Source of the DNA: Mycobacterium leprae TN
GTDB taxonomy: Bacteria > Actinomycetota > Actinomycetes > Mycobacteriales > Mycobacteriaceae
Assembly (NCBI RefSeq): GCF_000195855.1
Contig: NC_002677.1
Location: forward strand, 2,190,001-2,222,000
DNA: 32,000 nt
Reading direction: 5' to 3'
The notes under the pieces are model-generated. The model was not told the origin of the DNA. It saw nothing but the letters and a program-made list of their open reading frames with translations, and ran no database searches. The translations under genes were made by a program, and so were the position numbers. Positions within the stretch are counted from its first letter, which is position 1, and every line of letters begins with the position of its first letter. Below, one piece after another: positions 1 to 12,640 of this stretch.

Positions 1-481
1 GTCCGGAACGTGCCGGTACCCGGGTCATTCTCGCGCCATTGCAGATCAGCGCTCCGAGCCGGTTTCCGCCACCACTGTTGAGGAAGGTGATCGCAGCAGC
101 CGCCGCCACAGCCAAGTCACGTTTCTCGCAGATGGTGGTGCCGAAGTCCAGGCTAGCCGACATGTCGATCACCATCCAGGTCTCCAGTTCACGGTCAGCG
201 ATCATCTGCCGAACATGCGGGTGAGTCGTGCGTGCGGTGACCGCCCAATCCATCCGGCGGACGTCGTCGCCAGGCTGATACACGCGCGACTCTCCCGGCT
301 CTGATCCCGGGCCCGAGATCAGGCCGAGGTGGTCACCATGCAGGACTCCGTCGAGTTTGCGTTTGACTGTGAGCTCGAGTGTCCGCAACGCCGCCGACAG
401 CTTCGGGTCGTCGATCTGCCCGCGCTGCATCGAAGGCGGGTGGAACACCCCTGGCTTCGCGGCGGGGTTTGGATCGATCAC
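1..481 (-). CDS. DUF58-domain protein (Rv1480-like), partial, runs off the window start
   Basis: Reverse-strand translation reads VIDPNPAAKPGVFHPPSMQRGQIDDPKLSAALRTLELTVKRKLDGVLHGDHLGLISGPGSEPGESRVYQPGDDVRRMDWAVTARTTHPHVRQMIADRELETWMVIDMSTSLDFGT..., typical of DUF58 proteins next to MoxR. The GTG start at 481 overlaps the moxR1 stop (GTGA). Confidence 0.85.
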   Translation of the reverse strand, partial: MIDPNPAAKPGVFHPPSMQRGQIDDPKLSAALRTLELTVKRKLDGVLHGDHLGLISGPGSEPGESRVYQPGDDVRRMDWAVTARTTHPHVRQMIADRELETWMVIDMSASLDFGTTICEKRDLAVAAAAAITFLNSGGGNRLGALICNGARMTRVPARSG

Positions 482-1611
482 CGACCGCTGGCCGCGGCCG
501 CGGCCTGCGTCACCGAAGGTACTGAATGGCCTTGTTGCGGAAAAGAATTCACCTGTGGCAGGGCAACTGTCTGCAGAACACGGTTGATGACAATTTCCGG
601 GGAGATTTCGTCGGCAAGCGCGTTGTAGGTTAGCACCAATCGGTGCCGTAGTACGTCGGGAATAACCTCGATGACGTCCTGCGGGATCACGTAGTCACGT
701 CCCCTCACCAAAGCCAGCGACCGAGATGCCTTAATGATACCCAATGAAGCACGCGGGGAGGCGCCGAACGAGATCCACGTCTTAACATCGTTCATGCCCA
801 GTTGCTCGGGGTGGCGGGTGGCGGTGACTACGCGCACCACATAGTCAACCAGCGCATGGTGAACGAAGTTGTTGGCCGAAATCTCCTGCAGCCGCAGCAG
901 ATCGCCGGCATTCAAGATCTGTTTGGGCACTGGTGGGGTGACACCCATCCGGTAGATGATCTCCCGCTCCTCCTCGGGTGAAGGGTAGCCGACGTTGATC
1001 TTGAACAGGAAACGGTCGCGCTGCGCCTCGGGCAACAGATAAACACCCTCGTGCTCGATCGGGTTTTGCGTCGCCATCACCAGGAACGGGTTGGGCAATG
1101 GGAACGTCTTGCCCCCTATGGACACATGGCGTTCCTGCATAACCTCCAGCAGCGCCGACTGCACCTTAGCCGGGGCCCGGTTAATCTCATCGGCCAGCAG
1201 GAAATTGACCACCACCGGGCCAAGCTCAGTGTCGAATTCTTCCTTGCCTTGCCGATAGATACGGGTACCGATGATATCGGTGGGAACCAGGTCGGGGGTG
1301 AACTGGATGCGCGCGAAGGTCCCACCGACCACCCGCGCGAAGGTCTCCACTGCCAGCGTCTTGGCCACACCGGGAACACCCTCAAGCAGGACGTGTCCTT
1401 TGGACAGCAGACCGACTAGCATCCGCTCAACGAGTTGATCCTGGCCGACTATGACCCGCTTAACCTCGAAGATCGCACGCTCCAAGGTGTGCACCTCGGC
1501 AACCAACCCGTCAGCGCCACCCGGAGGCGCCTCATGAGCCCTCGGGCCTGATTGCCCACCCGGGCCCGAACAACCGTCGGCGCCCACGGGCAACCCTCCT
1601 GCTGATGTCAT
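478..1611 (-). CDS. moxR1: MoxR-family AAA+ ATPase
   Basis: Long ORF with Walker A-like GVPGVAKT, Walker B-like LLADEINRAP and MoxR motifs (ATQNPIEHEG, LPEAQRDRF). Near-identical to the M. tuberculosis MoxR1 pattern. The likely start is MTSAGG (codon 8 of the 478..1632 ORF). Confidence 0.95.
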   Translation of the reverse strand: MTSAGGLPVGADGCSGPGGQSGPRAHEAPPGGADGLVAEVHTLERAIFEVKRVIVGQDQLVERMLVGLLSKGHVLLEGVPGVAKTLAVETFARVVGGTFARIQFTPDLVPTDIIGTRIYRQGKEEFDTELGPVVVNFLLADEINRAPAKVQSALLEVMQERHVSIGGKTFPLPNPFLVMATQNPIEHEGVYLLPEAQRDRFLFKINVGYPSPEEEREIIYRMGVTPPVPKQILNAGDLLRLQEISANNFVHHALVDYVVRVVTATRHPEQLGMNDVKTWISFGASPRASLGIIKASRSLALVRGRDYVIPQDVIEVIPDVLRHRLVLTYNALADEISPEIVINRVLQTVALPQVNSFPQQGHSVPSVTQAAAAASGR

Positions 1612-1845
1612 CACGCTCCTTTCTCGGCTCAACCAACAAAGCCCAATCGGACACGACCCAATATCACGACATGTCCGCGTTCAACTATTCCAGGCCTCGT
1701 GGATTCCGTCGACGCCGCGGTTCCGTCGATCAATCCCCCAGTTCTTGAGCGGGCCGGAACGGCCCTAGGTGGAGAAACCCCAGCCGGAACAGCAGCTAGG
1801 TGCAAACCGTGCCGGCCCGGACCACCAGCTTGACAACGCACCGAA

Positions 1846-2571
1846 TCAAGACTCGATGATCCGAGTCACAAACGGCGTCATACCAGCCTTACGCACCGAG
1901 CTGACGGTGACTTTGCCGACGCTGCTAGATGCTTCCAACATCTGACCGTTGCCCAGATACATGGTGACATGCTGACCTCCACCCGGGCCGTAAAAAATCA
2001 GGTCACCGCGCTTGGCCTGGTCGGGAGTAAGGTGGCGACCGGCATTGTATTGATCACCGGAAAACCGCGGGATCAGCACGCCAACGCCAGCGAACGCATA
2101 TCGCATCAGACCCGAGCAGTCGAAACCGGTAATGTTGGCACCATCGCCGACCCCCTTGCTGGGACCCTGCAGCGAGCCGCCACCCCACGAATACGGCACC
2201 CCGATCTGTGCCCCACCCCGCTTGATCACGTACTCGATGGCCTGACCACCGTAGACCCGCGGAATCCGGCCTCCCGGGTTGCTGGATGTGGTCGCGGCGT
2301 TGGAAGGATCGCCACCGAAATTGATCCCTAGCCTACCCAGAAATTGCTTACCCAGATCGAGCGTGGTCTGGGTTGCTTGAGCGGTGACCTGCAGCGAAGC
2401 GTTGGCAACAGCGAGCGGATCTCCCGGGGCCCCCGCACTCACCGCTGCTGGCAATGTCGGATCCCACTGGCCAGGGTCTGCCGTAGCAGGTATCGTGACA
2501 ACGATAATCAACCCGGCCACCATCGCGGTGAGCCCGGCTAGATTGATCAGGCGAAAATTCTTGTGGCGCAT
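1846..2571 (-). CDS. ripB: NlpC/P60 peptidoglycan endopeptidase RipB
   Basis: 241 aa; N-terminal signal/TM segment; NlpC/P60 core GVPYSWGGG...GFDCSGLMRYAFAGVG...GDLIFYGPGGGQHVTMYLGNGQMLEA, with catalytic Cys and His present. Confidence 0.95.
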   Translation of the reverse strand: MRHKNFRLINLAGLTAMVAGLIIVVTIPATADPGQWDPTLPAAVSAGAPGDPLAVANASLQVTAQATQTTLDLGKQFLGRLGINFGGDPSNAATTSSNPGGRIPRVYGGQAIEYVIKRGGAQIGVPYSWGGGSLQGPSKGVGDGANITGFDCSGLMRYAFAGVGVLIPRFSGDQYNAGRHLTPDQAKRGDLIFYGPGGGQHVTMYLGNGQMLEASSSVGKVTVSSVRKAGMTPFVTRIIES

Positions 2572-2597
2572 AGCTCCTCGTTGATATTCAGCCTCGT

Positions 2598-4037
2598 TTA
2601 GTATTCGATGTAGCGGACCACATACGGAGTCATGCCACTGGTGCGCACAGGTGCAACACGCACCCTCAAGCCGATGTCCGGAGCCTCGAGCATCTGGCCA
2701 TGGCCGAGGTAGATCGTCACGTGCTGGCTGCCGCCCGGGCCGTAGAAGATGACGTCGCCGCGGCGCATCTGAGCAGACGGGATCTTGCGGCCCAGGTTGT
2801 ACTGCGAGCCCGAGTAGTGCGGCAGCCTGATGCCCACCCCGGCGAAAGAATACAAAACTAGCCCCGAACAGTCGAAGCCGGTAATCCCAGCACCCGAGTC
2901 TATTCCCCTACTCGGGCCAGCTGCGTTGCCACCACCCCAGGAGTAGGGCACGCCGATCTGCGATATCCCGCGACGGATCACGTATTCGGAGGCCTGCCGC
3001 CCGTAAACCCGCGGAATACGTCCCTGCGTCGAACCAATCGGGGCGTTAGTGATACCAGTGTCGTTCGGTTTCAAGATGCCCAGTTGCTGCAAGAAGTTGC
3101 GCCCCATGCTGGCGGTGACCTGCGTCGAAGTCGCCGCGTACCCCAACACCTGGTTGATCACTGCGATCGGGTCTCCCGGGACGTTGGCGCTGGGTACCTG
3201 CGGCAGCGTGGGATCCCAGCCGTCCCATTTGCGGCCCCCGGCCGGGCCAGCTGAAGCTGGCGAACCAGGTTCCCACCGGTCACCGAACGGTGGCGTGCCA
3301 TGCCCTCCCATCCCTGGCACCCACGTTGCTGCCGCTATTTGGGCCACTTCGAGCCTGGCCTGAGCCTCGTCACGCTCAGCAGCCAGGCGATTAACTTCGT
3401 CCCGCTGCTCATCAAATTTGCGCTTGGACGCGGTGAGTGCCGCCACCGCGGCATCCATGCTGGCCTTTGCATCGTCAGCGGCCTTATCGGCCTTTTGCTT
3501 GGCCAGCCGCGCAGCCGACTCCTTGTTCACCTGCTCAGTCCGGGCCCGCTGCAGATTGGCCATCACCGCCTGGGAACTGGCAGTGAGCGTCCTGGCGGCG
3601 GTCGCGGTGGCAATAATGTCATCCGGGCTGGTCGCAGTCAGGTAACTGCCCGACGGGCCATTCATATATGTGGCTGCTGCGAAGCTATCAAACCGATGCT
3701 GAGCAGCATTGATGGCCGTATTCGCGTCCTTGACCGACTGTTGGCTAACCTCGCAATCGTGTTCGGCCGCTACCGCGTTGTCCCGGGCCATCTCCACACT
3801 AACCATCGCCTTGTTGACACTTTGCTCTTCGGTCTCGATGGCCGCGCCGAGATCTTCTAGGCGCTGGTTGACCTTGGCGACGTCGGCAATCAAGGTGCCT
3901 AAGTTGTCTCCATCTGGATCAGCGGTCGCCAGCACCGGGAGGGATACCAGTAGGGCCGCACTCACGAGTGACGGAATGGCCGGCCGCACAAACCGTGCGG
4001 TCGGTCGCGAAACAGAGCCACGGCGGGGCCGTTTCAT
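2598..4037 (-). CDS. ripA: NlpC/P60 peptidoglycan endopeptidase RipA with N-terminal coiled-coil domain
   Basis: 479 aa; signal peptide (AALLVSLPVLATADP), long coiled coil, C-terminal NlpC/P60 domain (GFDCSGLVLYSFAGVG...RRGDVIFYGPGGSQHVTIYLGHG). Tandem with ripB. Confidence 0.96.
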   Translation of the reverse strand: MKRPRRGSVSRPTARFVRPAIPSLVSAALLVSLPVLATADPDGDNLGTLIADVAKVNQRLEDLGAAIETEEQSVNKAMVSVEMARDNAVAAEHDCEVSQQSVKDANTAINAAQHRFDSFAAATYMNGPSGSYLTATSPDDIIATATAARTLTASSQAVMANLQRARTEQVNKESAARLAKQKADKAADDAKASMDAAVAALTASKRKFDEQRDEVNRLAAERDEAQARLEVAQIAAATWVPGMGGHGTPPFGDRWEPGSPASAGPAGGRKWDGWDPTLPQVPSANVPGDPIAVINQVLGYAATSTQVTASMGRNFLQQLGILKPNDTGITNAPIGSTQGRIPRVYGRQASEYVIRRGISQIGVPYSWGGGNAAGPSRGIDSGAGITGFDCSGLVLYSFAGVGIRLPHYSGSQYNLGRKIPSAQMRRGDVIFYGPGGSQHVTIYLGHGQMLEAPDIGLRVRVAPVRTSGMTPYVVRYIEY

Positions 4038-4191
4038 TCGACTGGAATCTCCTATGGCTCAACACGGACGGACGGCGCCAACCACGACTTTCGCGAAACG
4101 CCGATGACAACATGAGCATTATTCGCACCGTACGTCACATCTGACACTGAGGAAACGCAAGTCACAAACTGCACTCTGTACGTGCGATTAC

Positions 4192-4208
4192 TGTGACCGA
4201 ACAGTGAC
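4192..4208 (-). promoter_or_regulatory. Candidate MtrA-type response-regulator site upstream of ripA (tandem GTCAC repeat)
   Basis: Minus strand reads GTCACTGTTCGGTCACA: two GTCAC half-sites 11 bp apart in the ripA upstream region. MtrA control of ripA is known in M. tuberculosis; assignment here is by motif only. Confidence 0.45.
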
Positions 4209-4276
4209 CTACTGGGTTTGCCGTAAAGTGGGCCGCAGCCAGGGTTACAACACTGAAAGAACCGGACTTAGCCTGA

Positions 4277-4849
4277 CTAATCAGCCCGATTAACGTCTTC
4301 TGCCAGGATGCCGGCGGCATCTAATGATGTTGCTAATCGCTTGCTGCGCAGCTGCATAAACCGAGTGCCGATGGCTGCCACCAGCACCCCGATCAACAAT
4401 ACAATGGTCAACACGGTCCAAGGAAACTCGGGGACATTTAGTTCACCCAGGAAATTCTGCGCGGACTGCACGGGGTTGCCGGTCTTGGAGATATCTTCCC
4501 CCGCCTCCAAAGTGACACGCGGGTAATGCGTGCTGTAGCTGCCGACGTAGTTAGGGCTAAGCGTGAGAACCGTGACATCTGGGTAATCGGCGCCAACCAC
4601 GGTGGCGATATCGCGCAAGGGCGTGTCGTTCGGGAGGTTGTGGTCTAGCAACACGATCTTGAGGTTGATACCCTCGGCCTGCGCATGGCTCACTACCTCG
4701 AGTAACCCCGGCATGGCAGCCGGTGACGCACTGACCCCGGCCGCGGCGACTTCAGACTTAACCACGGTCATATCGACATCTTGCGGAATATAGATCGGTA
4801 GCATGGGAATCGTCTGAGGTTGCTGAACGACAACATCTTGACCGGTCAT
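4277..4849 (-). CDS. Rv1476-like membrane protein
   Basis: Reads from MTGQDVVVQQPQTIPMLPIYIPQDVD... with a C-terminal TM segment (FPWTVLTIVLLIGVLVAAIGTRF). Lies between ripA and acn, as in other mycobacteria. The upstream extension of the 4277..5059 ORF looks non-coding. Confidence 0.85.
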   Translation of the reverse strand: MTGQDVVVQQPQTIPMLPIYIPQDVDMTVVKSEVAAAGVSASPAAMPGLLEVVSHAQAEGINLKIVLLDHNLPNDTPLRDIATVVGADYPDVTVLTLSPNYVGSYSTHYPRVTLEAGEDISKTGNPVQSAQNFLGELNVPEFPWTVLTIVLLIGVLVAAIGTRFMQLRSKRLATSLDAAGILAEDVNRAD

Positions 4850-5116
4850 CGATGTCTCCCTCCCGCCGTTTCCTATCCCAGTGCTTATAAGCACCGTACG
4901 CGACACTCGACGTCGAGATTGCCGTGAGGGTTGCAATTTGTGGTCGCAACAACGCGAGTGGCGGCAATTTCGCTGGAACATGAAGAGGAAATGAGGTTCA
5001 AACACACGCCTAACTCGACAAGACCGACACAGGTACATGCCCAATGCAATGCAGGACAAGCGTACTGTTAACGTGGCAGGGCGCCGTCGACACGGCCCGT
5101 CAACGGGTGAATGTAA

Positions 5117-7966
<2,850 letters not shown>

Positions 7967-7990
7967 TCCAGTACCCGTGCCCAAGACTCA

Positions 7991-8543
7991 GTGAAGACCA
8001 TCTGGCGACTCGGCGCCATCGAATCCTCGATGGCGCCGAGTCGCTGCTTTGCCGAATATGGCTATGACAAGACCACCGTAAGTCAGATGGAACAAGCGAT
8101 CGGAACATCACACGGCGCGATCTTCCACCATTTCCGGAACAACAGACACATTGTTTTTCGCCTTGGCCCACGAATATGCCCAGCAGATGGCCTATATCGC
8201 GGCGCGCTCAGATCTGATTCAGATTACGCGCGACATATTCGCTACGCCCGACCAGTTCGACTGGCTTGTCACCAGATTGGAAATCGCTCGAAAGCCTCGA
8301 ACCGATCCAGCATTCAGCCGCGAATGGACAGAACACCCCGCGGAGTTGGCCGCGGCAACAACGGATCGGCTACATCGACAAAAACAGGCCGGCAGGGTGC
8401 GTGACAATGTTTCGAGCAACGTACTGCAATGCTAACTAGGCCTGGTTCTGGATGGATTGGTAGCCCGACTGGCGTCCGGCGAAGATCAGCAGCGGCTCAG
8501 CGCGATCCTTAAATTAGTAGAGAACTCGTTGCGCCGCAGGTAG
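7991..8543 (+). pseudogene. TetR-family regulator pseudogene (Rv1474c-like)
   Basis: HTH fragment AFAEYGYDKTTVSQMEQAIGTSHGAIFHHFRN in one frame continues in another as ALAHEYAQQMAYIAARSDLIQITRDIFATPDQFDWLVTRLEIARKPRTDPAFSREWTEH, then LVLDGLVARLASGEDQQRLSAILKLVENSLRRR. At least two frameshifts/stops. Located directly downstream of acn. Confidence 0.85.
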
Positions 8544-8954
8544 ATTCTGCCGGTGGTGAAACCGCTAGCTGGGGAACACCGCCCACTTGCGTGGGAAACG
8601 GCACTGCGATCAAAGGGACAAGATCTCGCAGTAACGCTACACTCGCGGCTGACCCACCAACATGACTAACTTGGCCGAGCGCGGTGGTTGGGACTGCTAC
8701 AACTGAGCAGTGTGGTGCCCGACTCGCGCAGCATGCTGTGAATGGATCCGTGTGACTTGCCGGTGGTGCGGCCACCAGGCTGCGGATGCTGGCCCCGTCC
8801 TCATAGGCATGCCGCACCCCATCGCACGCCTTCTTCGAGTTCCTCATCGCGCCTCCACGCATCGACAGACCCTAAGCTCATAACGTTATAGAACCCGTCG
8901 TCCGCTGCGAAGCCACTTTGGCCGAAACGTCCTGCACGGTCCGGCTTCGATTGG

Positions 8955-10592
8955 TCAGGCCAACTCAATGAGATCCCGATATTCGTCGGACCAATAGTCC
9001 TCAGTGCCGTCAGGCAACAACACGACGCGTTGCGGATCCAGCGCTTTTGCCGCTCCGGGATCGTGCGTCACCAATACCACTGCACCCTGATAATTACGCA
9101 ACGCGTCGAGCACCTGCTTGCGCGACGCGGGATCGAGATTGTTGGTCGGTTCATCGAGTAGTAGCACGTTAGCCGTGGACGCTACCAGGCCTGCGAGTGC
9201 GAGTCGGGTCTTCTCACCACCGGAAAGGGTGCCAGCCAGTTGGTCGAGCTGTGGGCCGCTGAACATGAACGCGCCGAGCAGTCCGCGTAAATCCTGTTCA
9301 CCGAACTCGGGTGCGGTGTGCCGAATGTTCTGCCAGACGGTGTCTTCGTTATCGAGCGTGTCGTGTTCCTGGGCGAAATAGCCGATCCGCAAACCGTGTC
9401 CAGGTTCCAGCCTGCCGACGTCGGGCTTCTCAGCTCCGGCCAGCACTCGCAACAGCGTGGTCTTGCCGGCGCCGTTGAGGCCCAGTACGACCACTCGCGA
9501 GCCACGGTCAATAGCCAGATTCACACCAGTGAACACTTCAAGGGACCCGTACGTCTTGCTGAGTCCCTTGGCCACCAGCGGCGTGCGCCCGCACGCCGCT
9601 GGTGTAGGAAACTTGATCTGGGCCACTTTTTCGATGACCCGTTCCTCGTCAAGTGCTGCCATCATCCGATCGGCTCGACGCAACATATTTTGAGCCGCAA
9701 CCGCTTTGGTTGCCTTAGCACCCATCTTGGCAGCTTGTGTTCGCAACGCAGTGGCCTTGCGTTCAGCGTTGACGCGTTCTCGGCGGCGGCGCTGCTCGTC
9801 GGTGGCCCGGGAGTCGAGGTACTTGTACCAGCCCATGTTGTAGACATCGACCTTGCCGAGCACGGCATCCAGGAACCACACCCGGTTGACGACAGCGGCG
9901 ATCAACTCGACGTTATGGCTGATCACTACCAGTCCACCAGTGTGCGACCGCAAGAAATCCCGCAGCCACCCAAGCGAATCGGCATCGAGGTGGTTGGTCG
10001 GCTCATCGAGCAACAGCGTGGTTCCCGAACCGGAAGCACCAGTTCCTGCTCTGGATGCCGCGAACAGAATACGCGCCAGCTCTACCCTACGGCGCTGACC
10101 TCCCGACAAGGTGCACAACTGCTGGACCAGCACCCTTTCAGGCAGACCTAGACTCGCGCATATCCTGCCAGCTTCGCTTTCGGCGCTGTAACCCCCCAAC
10201 GCAAGGAATCGCTCCTCGAGCTGGCCGTAGCGACGGATCGCACGGTCACGCGCATCGTCGTCGGCTACCTCAGCCATCAAAGCCTGCTGCTTCTCTAGAT
10301 CGGTTAGCAGCACGTCCAACCCGCGGGCGGACAGCACCCGGTCTCGGGCTAACACGTCAAGATTGCCCACTTTGGGATCTTGTGGCAGGTAACCAATCTC
10401 GCCGGTCCAGGTGACTGACCCGGCATAGGGTTCAGTTGCCCCTGCCAAAATGCGCAAGGTGGTGGTCTTGCCTGCGCCGTTGCGTCCAACCAGCCCAATG
10501 CGGTCGCCGGGCTGTACGCGCAGGTCCGGACCGTCGGATGAGAGCAAGATGCGCGCACCAGCGCGGACCTCAAGGTCCGTGGCCGTGATCAC
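8955..10592 (-). CDS. ABC-F family duplicated ATPase (Rv1473-like)
   Basis: 545 aa; two Walker A motifs (GLVGRNGAGKTTTL, VLGLNGAGKTTLL), two signature motifs (LSGGQRRRVELAR, LSGGEKTRLALAG), Walker B LLLDEPTNHLD/LLLDEPTNNLD, and no TM segments. Confidence 0.96.
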   Translation of the reverse strand: MITATDLEVRAGARILLSSDGPDLRVQPGDRIGLVGRNGAGKTTTLRILAGATEPYAGSVTWTGEIGYLPQDPKVGNLDVLARDRVLSARGLDVLLTDLEKQQALMAEVADDDARDRAIRRYGQLEERFLALGGYSAESEAGRICASLGLPERVLVQQLCTLSGGQRRRVELARILFAASRAGTGASGSGTTLLLDEPTNHLDADSLGWLRDFLRSHTGGLVVISHNVELIAAVVNRVWFLDAVLGKVDVYNMGWYKYLDSRATDEQRRRRERVNAERKATALRTQAAKMGAKATKAVAAQNMLRRADRMMAALDEERVIEKVAQIKFPTPAACGRTPLVAKGLSKTYGSLEVFTGVNLAIDRGSRVVVLGLNGAGKTTLLRVLAGAEKPDVGRLEPGHGLRIGYFAQEHDTLDNEDTVWQNIRHTAPEFGEQDLRGLLGAFMFSGPQLDQLAGTLSGGEKTRLALAGLVASTANVLLLDEPTNNLDPASRKQVLDALRNYQGAVVLVTHDPGAAKALDPQRVVLLPDGTEDYWSDEYRDLIELA

Positions 10593-10631
10593 ATTCGCTC
10601 CCCTTTTTGTTGTTTATCATCGTCACTTGTC

Positions 10632-11450
10632 TTAGGTAAACACTGCCGGTCGCTTCTCTGCACACGCGGCAAACGCTTCTTCAACGTTGACGGTGAGTAG
10701 CCGAACGAAAAGCTGTCCCAGACCCTCAGCCCTTGCATGTAGCTTTCTAGGGTAGCCGTACTGTCCACTACAGAGCGTGCGGTTGGTCAACTCGATTCCT
10801 AGCCGGAAGAACGCCACGATCCACGCAGCAATCGCTTAACAGGCGTTTAACCGCTGCTCGTCCAACACCTGGCAGGACACCAGGCCGATCCGTTCGACCT
10901 TCCTCGGCGGCAATACTGCGACCGGCCAGCATGATCTCGACCGCACGCGAAGATCCAATGTCACGGGACAATGAATAAAATTCAGCCTTAGTTCGCTGGC
11001 AGTTAGCCGGTTGTTAATGCCCGCGACCCAGAAGTAGGAAGTGGTAGATACCACTCGGATAGCGGCCGCCAGTGCCAAGCATAGCCCACAACCGATGGCT
11101 GGACCATTGACCGCGGCAATCACCGGTTGATGCAACCGACACAGCATCAAGATAACGTCGTCGAGAAGATCTATGCTCTATGGAGCGCAGCGCATATGTC
11201 GGCTGGGGCAAATCCGTCAACGTGCGGCACCGCTCCCGCGGACTTGTGATCGGCACCCGACGAACAACTTCTGCCTAACCCCAGTCAGCACGACTACTCG
11301 CACCGAATTGTCGTAAGTGACTTTCTCGAGCTCGCTCTTGAACGGCACCACGACATCAAACGCAATGGAGCTCATCCGCTTCAACCAGTTGGGGGTTATT
11401 AACGCGACACCAGGTCGCAGGTAATCAACAAGTACAAAAGGCACCGTTGA
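10632..11450 (-). pseudogene. echA12: Enoyl-CoA hydratase/isomerase pseudogene
   Basis: Fragments in different frames: FVLVDYLRPGVALITPNWLKRMSSIAFDVVVPFKSELEKVTYDNSVRVVVLTG; LHQPVIAAVNGPAIGCGLCLALAAAIRV; ERIGLVSCQVLDEQRLNAC; EGLGQLFVRLLTVNVEEAFAACAEKRPAVFT. Confidence 0.88.
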
Positions 11451-11520
11451 AAATTAACGCGCAAAGCGCCTCCCACTGTACACGGTCGATCCGTGCCAAC
11501 GCCGCCCACGCACATTCTGA

Positions 11521-11889
11521 TTAGACCTGTTCGTCTGGCACGACCCCATCGTCGGAGACGTCGAAGGCCTTGATTTGTTGCACCAAATACCCCGGCACCG
11601 CCGGCGTCAGATCCCCAGCCTGACTCAACAGCGGCTTGCCCTTCTTGAAGGCCACCAACGTGGGGATGGACCTGATCTGAGCTGCTAATGCCAGTTGCCT
11701 TTCGGCTTTGGTGTCTACGTTTAAGTGCACGACATCAGAGTGCTTATTCGACGACGCGTGAAACGTCGGCACAAACAATCGATCTGGTCCGCACCAGGAC
11801 GCCCAAAAGGCGACAAGCACCATGTTGTTGACGTTGATGGTTTCGTTTAACTGTTCAGCAATAAGGTCACGTCTAGTCCAACGTCGCAC
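11521..11889 (-). CDS. trxB1: Thioredoxin-fold protein (TrxB1/Rv1471-like) with WCGPD instead of WCGPC
   Basis: Open frame RRDLIAEQLNETINVNNMVLVAFWASWCGPDRLFVPTFHASSNKHSDVVHLNVDTKAERQLALAAQIRSIPTLVAFKKGKPLLSQAG..VQQIKAFDVSDD. Thioredoxin fold landmarks are present, including the cis-Pro region (RSIPT). Confidence 0.8.
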   Translation of the reverse strand: MRRWTRRDLIAEQLNETINVNNMVLVAFWASWCGPDRLFVPTFHASSNKHSDVVHLNVDTKAERQLALAAQIRSIPTLVAFKKGKPLLSQAGDLTPAVPGYLVQQIKAFDVSDDGVVPDEQV

Positions 11890-12389
11890 ACCGACGCCAT
11901 GTTCCCGGACCATTCACCGGCCTCAGCACACTGGTGGACGCCGCGGCCCGCCACGACCGGTTGATGGGCAAACACATGCCGCTGAGCACTGTCGATCCTT
12001 CGTGGCCGGCCGTACTCAGCGGCAACCGGCAACTGCCCGAACAAGTCCCACAACACCAAACGGGAATAAAGGCGGTAGCGATCGCAAAATTGACGGTCAC
12101 GACACGACGAGCGCGTCGCACTAACCCGATAGCCGAGATCATGCGCGATGATTCATAACGGACGATGACACCGTCGGCGGTTTTGAAACGCGCGGTCGGC
12201 CCTGGCGCCAATCGCAACGTACAGGTAAGCCGCAGCTATAGTGGAAGCGTCGTTGACACCAGGGCCGACGACGAGCACCCGGTGACCTGCGACAGCTTTT
12301 GGGTAGCGAAACCGCCGGTCCGTCGGAGCACAGTACTACGGCCTGCGAACGCTCGAATCCGACTGTCCAGCCGAGCAATTAGCAGGCTA

Positions 12390-12640
12390 CCGAAAGCGTT
12401 ACGGGAGATTTGCCGCGCAGCTGGCTGAAGTCGGAGTCATCGCATCCGGCACCGTCATCCAGCTCAAATACCCACTGCAGCACGCCCAACTGCCGTTGAC
12501 ACGGCAACTCACCCTAACTCCACGTCCCCTACTACCAATGGAGAACCATGGTAGCCGGCACGGCCGTCACACGACGGATCACGTAGCGCAATAACGCACT
12601 TTACACAGAATGGACCCTGAACAGCCGGCGGGGCTTTCAA
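12390..12640 (+). pseudogene. Relic of a DUF6788-like CxxxxCRCH protein of the kind often carried by mobile elements
   Basis: Across frames it reads ERYGRFAAQLAEVGVIASGTVIQ... / YHCSTPNCR*HGNSP*LHVPYYQW / VAGTAVTRRIT, resembling 'LPGSVxxRYTRCGKPxCRCHADPPxxHGPYxxW...GKTVTRRLTPEQ'. Internal stops present. Confidence 0.45.

Noticed and set aside
329-628. Plus-strand ORFs 329..628 and 357..587
   Set aside because: Antisense to the strongly supported moxR1/DUF58 genes; no recognisable domain.
1629-1841. Minus-strand 70-aa ORF between moxR1 and ripB
   Set aside because: Low-complexity sequence with no recognisable motif in an intergenic position. Considered spurious.
3300-3860. Plus-strand 186-aa ORF inside ripA
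   Set aside because: Antisense shadow of the repetitive coiled-coil coding region of ripA.
8509-8862. Minus-strand 117-aa ORF as a possible Rv1473A homologue
   Set aside because: I could not match it to a known protein, and it overlaps the end of the TetR pseudogene. Evidence insufficient.
9318-10151. Plus-strand 277-aa ORF inside the ABC-F gene
   Set aside because: Antisense to a gene with complete ABC motifs; typical of GC-rich antisense ORFs.
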